Assembly (NCBI GenBank): GCA_025931335.1
Contig: JAICNG010000003.1
Location: forward strand, 5,307-69,306
Direction: 5' to 3'
DNA from: Gemmatimonadaceae bacterium
GTDB taxonomy: Bacteria; Gemmatimonadota; Gemmatimonadetes; Gemmatimonadales; Gemmatimonadaceae
Length of the DNA stretch: 64,000 nt
Shown here: piece after piece, positions 9,377 through 15,985 of the stretch
Layout: each line of letters opens with the position of its first letter
Numbering within the stretch: the first letter of the stretch is position 1
Notes under the pieces: model-generated
Database searches by the model: none
Told to the model about the DNA's origin: nothing
What the model saw: the letters and a program-made list of their open reading frames with translations, nothing else
Translations under genes and position numbers: made by a program

Positions 9377-10306
9377 ATGTGCGGCGCCATGTATCCATGC
9401 AGCAATCCAGAGCTCGTCGCCGCGGTGTCCGACGCCGGGGCGCTGGGGATCGTGCAACCGGTGTCGCTCACCTTCGTCCACGGGCACGACTTCCGCGAGG
9501 GACTCCGGCTCATCCGACGCCTCACGCCCAGGCCGATCGGGATGAACGCGCTCATCGAGCAGTCGTCGCGCATCTATCACGAGCGGATGGTGAAATGGGT
9601 CGACATCGCGCTCGAGGAAGGCGTTCGCTTCTTCGTGACATCGCTGGGCAATCCGCGGTGGGTCGCCGAGCGGGCGCACGCGGCCGGCGGCGTCGTCTAT
9701 CACGACGTCACGGAGCGGAAGTGGGCGCTGAAGGGGCGTGACTCCGGCGTCGACGGGTTGATCGCGGTGAACAATCGCGCGGGTGGGCACGCCGGCCCCC
9801 GCACCGCCGAGCGACTCCTGACGGAGGTGGGCGACCTCGGCCTCCCTGTCGTCTGCGCCGGCGGTATCGGTGACGAGCGCGAGTTCGTGCAGGCGCTGCG
9901 CCTCGGGTACGCCGGCGCCCAGCTGGGGACGCGCTTCATCGCGACCACGGAGTGCCGCGCGAGCACCGCCTACAAGGACGCGATTCTCCGCGCTGATGAA
10001 GACGACATCGTCCTCACCGAGCGCATAACCGGCGTTCCGGTCTCGGTGATTCGCACGCCGTACATCGAGCGCATGGGACTACGAGCCGGTCCCATCGCCC
10101 GCTGGATGCTGCGCGGTCACCGGACCAAGCACTGGATGCGAACGATCTACGCCGTGCGCTCAGCGCTCCAGCTCAAGCGCGCGTCGCTCGATGAGACCGG
10201 CACGCGCGACTACTGGCAGGCCGGGAAGAGTGTGCGATCGATCGCCGAGATCGAGCCCGCGGGAGACATCGTGCGTCGATTCGCGAAGGCAGCGGTCAAC
10301 GCGTAG
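9377..10306 (+). CDS. Nitronate monooxygenase / FabK-like FMN oxidoreductase (NMO family)
   Basis: CGAMYPCSNPELVAAVSDAGALG, the GGIGD FMN motif and GAQLGTRF. Coordinates use the first canonical start. Conserved N-terminal sequence continues upstream to a CTG at 9299 (see findings). Confidence 0.8.
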   Translation: MCGAMYPCSNPELVAAVSDAGALGIVQPVSLTFVHGHDFREGLRLIRRLTPRPIGMNALIEQSSRIYHERMVKWVDIALEEGVRFFVTSLGNPRWVAERAHAAGGVVYHDVTERKWALKGRDSGVDGLIAVNNRAGGHAGPRTAERLLTEVGDLGLPVVCAGGIGDEREFVQALRLGYAGAQLGTRFIATTECRASTAYKDAILRADEDDIVLTERITGVPVSVIRTPYIERMGLRAGPIARWMLRGHRTKHWMRTIYAVRSALQLKRASLDETGTRDYWQAGKSVRSIAEIEPAGDIVRRFAKAAVNA

Positions 10307-10308
10307 AA

Positions 10309-10794
10309 TTGGATGTCAGCGCGCCGGTTCCCTCTTCCCCCGCCCCGACGCCCGTGAACAGCGACCGTCCGACCGACAAGCCGAATCGCATTCCGCAGAT
10401 CTACGGCTACACAGTATGTCTGATCGCCGTCATCGCGTTTCTCATCAGCATCAACGGCGTGGTCGACGCGAGCTTCACGCTCGCGAATCCGCTGCACGGA
10501 CCGTACGGGCCGGGAGAGGGGCTCACCAGCTTCGAGTCGTACGAAGCGAGTCGCGGAGACCGCATGTCCCCGGACCGCAATCTGCCACCGGACACGACGT
10601 CCGTTGAAACGCGGCAGCGGCGCTTCGAGGCGCTGCGGGCGGATCGAATCGGCATGAACAGACTTCAGGCGTGGCGGCGGATCGTGGGCAGCGGTCTCAC
10701 GATGCTGATCTCGATTGGGCTGTTCGCCTGGCACTGGGCATGGTTGCGCGCGCGGATGGCCGAGGAGCGCGCCGGGACGGCACGGGGCGCATGA
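10309..10794 (+). CDS. Hypothetical membrane protein (2 TM)
   Basis: ORF 10309..10794. TM segments YTVCLIAVIAFLISINGVV and GSGLTMLISIGLFAWHWAW. Confidence 0.5.
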   Translation: MDVSAPVPSSPAPTPVNSDRPTDKPNRIPQIYGYTVCLIAVIAFLISINGVVDASFTLANPLHGPYGPGEGLTSFESYEASRGDRMSPDRNLPPDTTSVETRQRRFEALRADRIGMNRLQAWRRIVGSGLTMLISIGLFAWHWAWLRARMAEERAGTARGA

Positions 10795-11360
10795 GTCTCC
10801 CGACGCTCACGGCCGAGCGTCTCATCCTTCGTCCGTTCGTGCTCGAGGATGCCGCGGAGGTGACGCGCCTGGTGAGTGATCGCCGCATCGCCGACACGAC
10901 GCTGAACATTCCCCACCCGTACGAGCAGAGCATCGCCGAGGGGTGGATCGGCACACATGCCGAGGTGGCCGAACGCGGGGAGGGGATCACGCTCGCGGTC
11001 ACCGAGCGCGAGAGCGGGGGAATCGTCGGCGCGGTGGGGCTCAGCATCACGCGGGCGCACCGTCGTGGCGAGCTCGGGTACTGGGTGGCCGTGGCGAAGT
11101 GGGGCCGCGGGTACGCGACCGAGGCCTCGCGTGCGATGCTCGACTACGCGTTCGGGCCGCTCGACCTCTCGCGCGTGGAGGCGCACTGCCTCACGAGAAA
11201 CGACGGCTCGTGGCGTGTGATGGAGAAGCTCGGCATGCAGCGCGAGGGACGGCTGCGCGCCCACGTGGTGAAGTGGGAGGTCGCCGAGGACATCTGGTTG
11301 TACGGGATACTGCGGGAGGAGTGGCTGGCGCTCAGGCGCGCGGCCGGTCCTTATACCTGA
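10791..11360 (+). CDS. GNAT N-acetyltransferase (RimJ/RimL-like)
   Basis: The ATG at 10791 overlaps the upstream stop (ATGA). Sequence LTAERLILRPFVLEDA...GELGYWVAVAKWGRGYATEA...NDGSWRVMEKLGM. Confidence 0.8.
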   Translation: MSLPTLTAERLILRPFVLEDAAEVTRLVSDRRIADTTLNIPHPYEQSIAEGWIGTHAEVAERGEGITLAVTERESGGIVGAVGLSITRAHRRGELGYWVAVAKWGRGYATEASRAMLDYAFGPLDLSRVEAHCLTRNDGSWRVMEKLGMQREGRLRAHVVKWEVAEDIWLYGILREEWLALRRAAGPYT

Positions 11361-11922
11361 ACCGCGCCCAGCCGGGAACGCGCATCCACCGCGCGCGATC
11401 GGCAAGCGAGCCGCCTCGCAGGATCTTCGGCTCCTCGACCGTGACGAACGCCTGCGAGTCCCACTGGTCGACGATCTCCATCACCTCGTCGAGATGTGAG
11501 CGATGGACGACCGAGTCGACGATCTCGACCGTCCCGTCGCGGCCGTAGCCCGCCACTTCCGTCGCCCCGTATCCGCGCTCGCGCAGCGCGTTGGCGATCT
11601 CCACGCCACCGTGCGGCGAGACGATGCGGACGGTCGACAGGCCGTAGGCGACGGCGTTCTCGATCTGGACGCCGACGAGCGTGCCGGTGGCAAACCCCGC
11701 CGCGTACCCGAGGACGTGCCAGACGCTCCCGAGATGCTGGATGACGTTCCCGACCACGAGGATGAAGATGAGCGCCTGGAAGAACCCGAGCGACGCGGCG
11801 TGATACCGCTTGCCGCGGACGGCGAACAGGACGCGCATGGTATCGAGGGAGACGTCGGCGACGCGAAGCCCGAAGATGAGCAGCGGGCCCCAGGGCAGGT
11901 CGAACAGCTCGGTGACGTTCAT
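11332..11922 (-). CDS. UPF0316/DUF2179 family membrane protein
   Basis: Three N-terminal TM segments plus a C-terminal GYGATEVAGYGRDG...AFVTVEE domain. Confidence 0.7.
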   Translation of the reverse strand: MNVTELFDLPWGPLLIFGLRVADVSLDTMRVLFAVRGKRYHAASLGFFQALIFILVVGNVIQHLGSVWHVLGYAAGFATGTLVGVQIENAVAYGLSTVRIVSPHGGVEIANALRERGYGATEVAGYGRDGTVEIVDSVVHRSHLDEVMEIVDQWDSQAFVTVEEPKILRGGSLADRARWMRVPGWARFRYKDRPRA

Positions 11923-11953
11923 GGAGTTGGGAAGCTAGTCGAGCCCGGTCGGT

Positions 11954-12126
11954 GCGCCACGAGCCCTGACAGCGTTATCACAGAGGGCACAGAGACGTAG
12001 CACAGGGACTCCCAGAGAACCCCAACTGCAAGGGCTTTTCCAAAGCTTTCGCCGTTGCAGTTCCTCTGTGAGTCCCTGTGGATGTCTCTGTACTCTCTGT
12101 GATCACGCTGTCACGGCTCGTTGCGC
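11954..12126. repeat. About 170-bp imperfect palindrome with CACAGRG-type tandem words in each arm
   Basis: The left arm gcgccacgagccctgacagcgttatcacagagggcacagagacgtagcacagggactc... matches the reverse complement of the right arm gagtccctgtggatgtctctgtactctctgtgatcacgctgtcacggctcgttgcgc. The loop is near 12035-12045. Confidence 0.85.
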
Positions 12127-12143
12127 ATCGGACCCGGAACCCA

Positions 12144-14345
12144 TCAGGCATCGACCGTCCGGCGCGGCTCGCTGGTGGGCTCGGGCTCGCTCGTGCCCTG
12201 CTCCAGCGCCTCGACCCGCGTCCCCAGGCGGTCGATCGCATCCTGCATTCGCGCGAGGCGGACGGTCATGTCGCCCACCGGGACCGCCGTCGGCGGCGCG
12301 CTGGGCAGGGCCACCGAGCGCGCGGGCCAGAACGTCTTCACGAGCGCGAAGACGAAGAGCACCACCAGGATCAGCTGGGCGAGCAGCGTCTCCACCGTCC
12401 CGTAGATTCCCATGGCATCGACCGAGGGGAACCCCGGGATGGGCGTGATCGAGACGACGTCGCCTTCCTGGAGCTCGCGCACCCCCTTCCCGGCGAACAC
12501 GAACGCCATGTAGTACAGGACCACGCTCGTGCCGGCGAAGAAGGGCCGGAGCGGAATGCGAACGCCGTACCGGTAGAAGAGGGTGAAGATGACGGCGAGA
12601 ATCGCCGCCCCGGCGACGATGCCGAGGACGATCGGGCCCACCGCGTCCCTCCCTTCACCGAAGAGCGCCTGGTAGAAGAGCGCCGTCTCGGCGCCTTCAC
12701 GATACACGGCGAGAAACGCGACGAAGGCGAGCGCGGAGCCACCGCCATGCTCGAGCGCATTGGTGACCTTGTCGCGAATGAACTGTTGCCACCGCGCGGC
12801 CTCCACCTTCGAGATGAGCCAGTAGCTCACCGAGAACAGCACCGCGACCGCGATCAGCATGGTCGCGCCTTCGATGATCTCGCGACTCGCCGGCATGGAG
12901 CGCAGCACCGTCTGGAGGACGACGGCCGTCACTGCGCTCGCGGCGAGGCCAAGGGCCGTGCCCGTCCAGATCGAGCGGAGCCGCGCTCGGTTACCAGTCT
13001 TGATCAGAAACGCGCACACCGCTCCGATCACGAGAATGGCCTCGAAGCCCTCGCGAAGGATGATCAGCAGCGACTGGAAGAACGTCGCCCACTTTCCCGA
13101 CGGCGCCTGCGTCAACGCCAGGACACTCGGGAGCTGTGCCTCGATGGTGTTCCGGGCGCGCTCCGCGCCGCGGAGATCTCCCGCGCGTACCGCTCCCTTG
13201 AAGTCGGCGAACTGGCGCTCGACCGCCGCGATCAGCCCAGGGTCACGAGCGCGGGCGCGCGTCTCGAGCGGCTCGAACGCGATGTACGCATCGAAGGCGA
13301 GATCCCCGGCCTCCGGCGCCCGCCCACGACGCGCGGCGGCGAGCGACTGATCGAGGATCGCGAGCACCCGGCGGGCGGTCCCTCGAACATCCTCGCGTCC
13401 GGCAACCACGTTAGGCACATCCGCCCGTGCCGCGGCGACCGTGCGCAGATGGGCGACGATTCCCGCCAGCTTCCTGGCGTCGATGTTCTCGGTCGCCGGC
13501 ATCGCCGTGCCTGGGATGCCATCCCGGATGATCTTCGCCAGCGCGGCGTCGCTTCGCTCCGCCTGCCACGCGAACGTGCCGATGTCCGGCGGAAGGCGGG
13601 TGAGCGAGGGGGCAGCGGGTCCGTCGGCCGCCCCGGATGGACCATGACAAGCCACGCATGCGCGCGCATAGAGTCCCTCACCTTCCAGCCGCTGTGCCTC
13701 GCTCGCGCGCAGCGAGTGCAAGTACGCGACGATGTCCCACCGCTGATCGGCCGTGAGGCTGTCACCCCAGCCCACCATGAGGGTCCCGGCAACTCCCACG
13801 GAGATCACCCGGAAGAGAAGCGCGGGGGTGCGATCCCCCATCGCGGTCGGATCGCCGATGGGCGGTGGCGGCGGGTTCATGCCACGCGCGGCGGGGCCGT
13901 CTCCGAGGCCCCCCGCACCGTGACATGCCGCGCAATTCTGCTCGTAGAGCGCGCGACCCGCGGCGACATCGAGCGCGCGCGTGGGCAGCTCGAGCGCTCC
14001 CTCGTTACCAAGCGCGATGACGAACCGCTGGTACAGCGCGTCGACCTCGGCGCGGGGACGCCTCGCGGCGACGACGCCGCGGAGGGAATCGACCAGCAGA
14101 CGAATAGTGGGAGCGCGATCTCCGCTCAGCCGATCGGCGACGCCCCGCGCATCCCGGAGGAAGTCGACGGCCTCCTGGTACTCGAGCTCGGAGGTGATCT
14201 TCCCGGAGTCGTCGACGCCCTTCGAGTATTCCTCGACGGCGACACCGACGATGCTCGAAAGGCGCCGCGCGGGATGCTCCTGCGCGCGCGCGATGGCGGT
14301 GGCCGCGAGGACGAGGCCAATGGTGAGAAACGCTCTGCGAAGCAT
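12144..14345 (-). CDS. Fusion of a periplasmic di-haem cytochrome c domain and an FTR1/EfeU-type iron permease
   Basis: Signal peptide, two CxxCH sites (CAACHG, CVACHG), then a polytopic domain with two REGxE motifs (REGFEA, REGAET). Confidence 0.85.
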   Translation of the reverse strand: MLRRAFLTIGLVLAATAIARAQEHPARRLSSIVGVAVEEYSKGVDDSGKITSELEYQEAVDFLRDARGVADRLSGDRAPTIRLLVDSLRGVVAARRPRAEVDALYQRFVIALGNEGALELPTRALDVAAGRALYEQNCAACHGAGGLGDGPAARGMNPPPPPIGDPTAMGDRTPALLFRVISVGVAGTLMVGWGDSLTADQRWDIVAYLHSLRASEAQRLEGEGLYARACVACHGPSGAADGPAAPSLTRLPPDIGTFAWQAERSDAALAKIIRDGIPGTAMPATENIDARKLAGIVAHLRTVAAARADVPNVVAGREDVRGTARRVLAILDQSLAAARRGRAPEAGDLAFDAYIAFEPLETRARARDPGLIAAVERQFADFKGAVRAGDLRGAERARNTIEAQLPSVLALTQAPSGKWATFFQSLLIILREGFEAILVIGAVCAFLIKTGNRARLRSIWTGTALGLAASAVTAVVLQTVLRSMPASREIIEGATMLIAVAVLFSVSYWLISKVEAARWQQFIRDKVTNALEHGGGSALAFVAFLAVYREGAETALFYQALFGEGRDAVGPIVLGIVAGAAILAVIFTLFYRYGVRIPLRPFFAGTSVVLYYMAFVFAGKGVRELQEGDVVSITPIPGFPSVDAMGIYGTVETLLAQLILVVLFVFALVKTFWPARSVALPSAPPTAVPVGDMTVRLARMQDAIDRLGTRVEALEQGTSEPEPTSEPRRTVDA

Positions 14346-14373
14346 CCCGATCGAATGTATCGGGATTTCAGGG

Positions 14374-14480
14374 CCAAGGTAAGTGCAAGGTGCTCAAGGT
14401 GCTCGAGGTGCTCAGGGTGCTCGAGGGAACGGCCCCCAACCTCGAGCACCTCGAGCACCTCGAGCACCTCGAGCACCTGG
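14374..14480. repeat. Palindrome with (GGTGCTCRA)n arms; family B copy 1
   Basis: aaggtgctcaaggtgctcgaggtgctcagggtgctcgaggg / aacggccccc / aacctcgagcacctcgagcacctcgagcacctcgagcacc. Confidence 0.9.
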
Positions 14481-14514
14481 TACAGACCCCGTACCCACCA
14501 CTAACTTTGTTCCC

Positions 14515-14985
14515 ATGCGCCCCCTACCCTTCCTCGCCATCCCGCTCTTCGCCGTCGCCGTCCCCCTCGGCGCCGCAGTGGTGTCTGCCCACGGGCACGA
14601 GCACGCTGCCCCCGTCGCCGTCACGGTCTACAAGAACGCGAGCTGCGGCTGCTGCAAGACCTGGGTGGAGCATCTCCGGAAGGAGGGCTTCAAGGTCACC
14701 GCCAAGGACGTGGATGACCTCGCCTCGATCAAGACCAAGCTCGGCGTTCCACCCTCGCTCGGCTCCTGCCACACCGCGATCGTCGGCGCGTACGTGATCG
14801 AAGGACACGTGCCGGCCGCGGACATTCAGCGACTGTTGAGCGAAAAGCCGAAGGTCGCCGGTCTTGGCGTCCCGGGCATGCCCATCGGTTCGCCGGGCAT
14901 GGAAGTACCGGGAGTGCCGGCCGAGAAGTACACCGTGATGGCGTTCACGAAGGACGGGAAGCAGCGGGTGTTCGCGTCGCACTGA
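14515..14985 (+). CDS. DUF411 (CopG-like) periplasmic metal-binding protein
   Basis: ATG at 14515 inside ORF 14383..14985; the upstream part of that ORF is repeat-derived. Signal peptide, CGCC motif and SCHTAIV. Confidence 0.75.
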   Translation: MRPLPFLAIPLFAVAVPLGAAVVSAHGHEHAAPVAVTVYKNASCGCCKTWVEHLRKEGFKVTAKDVDDLASIKTKLGVPPSLGSCHTAIVGAYVIEGHVPAADIQRLLSEKPKVAGLGVPGMPIGSPGMEVPGVPAEKYTVMAFTKDGKQRVFASH

Positions 14986-15021
14986 ACGACGGTCCCTGAC
15001 GTCGGGTTCGCTTCGGCGAGT

Positions 15022-15600
15022 CTACTTCACCACCTCGAGCACGAAGTTGATCTTCTCGGCGGGGAGTATCCACGCGAACTTCCGCTCGTAGCGCTCCGGG
15101 TCCCGGTTCGCCCAGCGCGCGATGGCGCGTTGAATCACGCTTCGCCCTTCGAATCCGATTCGCGCCTCGCGCTTTCTGAGGAAGGCGTTCGAGTACCGGT
15201 AGCGCGCGAGTGTCGTGCCTTCCACGAAATAGTCGAAGCTTCGCGTGCTGAACGCGTGGCGGTGCGTGGGATCGGTGTGAAAGTTCGCGCTGCTGAAGTG
15301 CGGCACCTCCACCAGCAGCATGCCTCCCGGCGCCACGATGCGGTGAAGCTCCTCGACCACACGGATCACCTGGTCCACGTGCTCGAGCACGTGCTCGGCG
15401 ATCACGATGTCGAATGAGCTCGTCGGAAACGGGTATGGCGTGACGTCGAGATCGTGAAGCACGTCGGGCGCGGCGAGCGGATTGACATCCAGCGTGACCG
15501 CGTGCGGCACGCGCTTGATCGTCCCGGCGCCGATCTCGAGGACGCGGACGTCCGGGGCGATCGTGCCGAGGCGATCGGGGGCAGGATGGGTCACGGGCAT
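15022..15600 (-). CDS. Class I SAM-dependent methyltransferase
   Basis: VLEIGAG motif I, FDIVIAEHVLEH, APGGMLLVEVP. Confidence 0.75.
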   Translation of the reverse strand: MPVTHPAPDRLGTIAPDVRVLEIGAGTIKRVPHAVTLDVNPLAAPDVLHDLDVTPYPFPTSSFDIVIAEHVLEHVDQVIRVVEELHRIVAPGGMLLVEVPHFSSANFHTDPTHRHAFSTRSFDYFVEGTTLARYRYSNAFLRKREARIGFEGRSVIQRAIARWANRDPERYERKFAWILPAEKINFVLEVVK

Positions 15601-15604
15601 CGCG

Positions 15605-15985
15605 TCATCGCTCGAGCACGACGAATGCCGCCGCGGTCGGTCCGTCGTGGGTCAACGTCAGCCAGGTTCGGACAACGGCGAGCTGCTCGGCGCGCGCGCG
15701 CGCGAGGCCGTGGAGGGCGAGCTCCGGCCGGCCGTGCGCGCCGATGACGACCTCCATCTCGCGCCAGGAGATCGCGTGCGCGCGGGCGTTCCCCGACAGC
15801 GCCTTGAACGTGGCTTCCTTGGCGGCGACGCGGGCGGCGAGGTGGCGCGCCGGCTCCACGCGCCCGAGTGCATAACGACGCTCTTCCTCGGTGAACAGCC
15901 GCTCGAGGGCACGGTGTCCCTTGGACGAGAGCAGGCGCTCGACGCGGGCGATGTGCACGAGATCGACCCCGATGCCGACGATCAC
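15605..15985 (-). CDS. acpS: Holo-[acyl-carrier-protein] synthase (4'-phosphopantetheinyl transferase)
   Basis: The GTG at 15985 overlaps the upstream stop (GTGA). Sequence VIVGIGVDLVHIARV...FTEEE...AAKEATFKAL...LTLTHDG. Confidence 0.85.
   Translation of the reverse strand: MIVGIGVDLVHIARVERLLSSKGHRALERLFTEEERRYALGRVEPARHLAARVAAKEATFKALSGNARAHAISWREMEVVIGAHGRPELALHGLARARAEQLAVVRTWLTLTHDGPTAAAFVVLER

Noticed and set aside
12078-14504. An 808-aa ORF on the plus strand opposite the cFTR1 gene. Similar long antisense ORFs occur at 4095..5738, 16192..17586, 26044..27540, 30393..32177, 33315..35045, 36025..37266, 43135..44388 and 60167..61639.
   Set aside because: Their composition is Arg/Ala/Gly/Pro/His-rich with high second-position GC, typical of off-frame or antisense reading of high-GC genes. 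The opposite strand carries recognisable domains in every case.
14383-14514. Peptide-like repeats translated from the palindromes, such as LEVLEVLEVLE and GARGARGARG. They create N-terminal extensions or whole ORFs in the track, for example 14126..14476, 14390..14797, 35042..35356, 47860..48381 and 48253..48390.
   Set aside because: They are read-through of the 9-nt tandem arms on both strands. The real genes have signal peptides or conserved N-termini starting after the repeats (14515, 48391).
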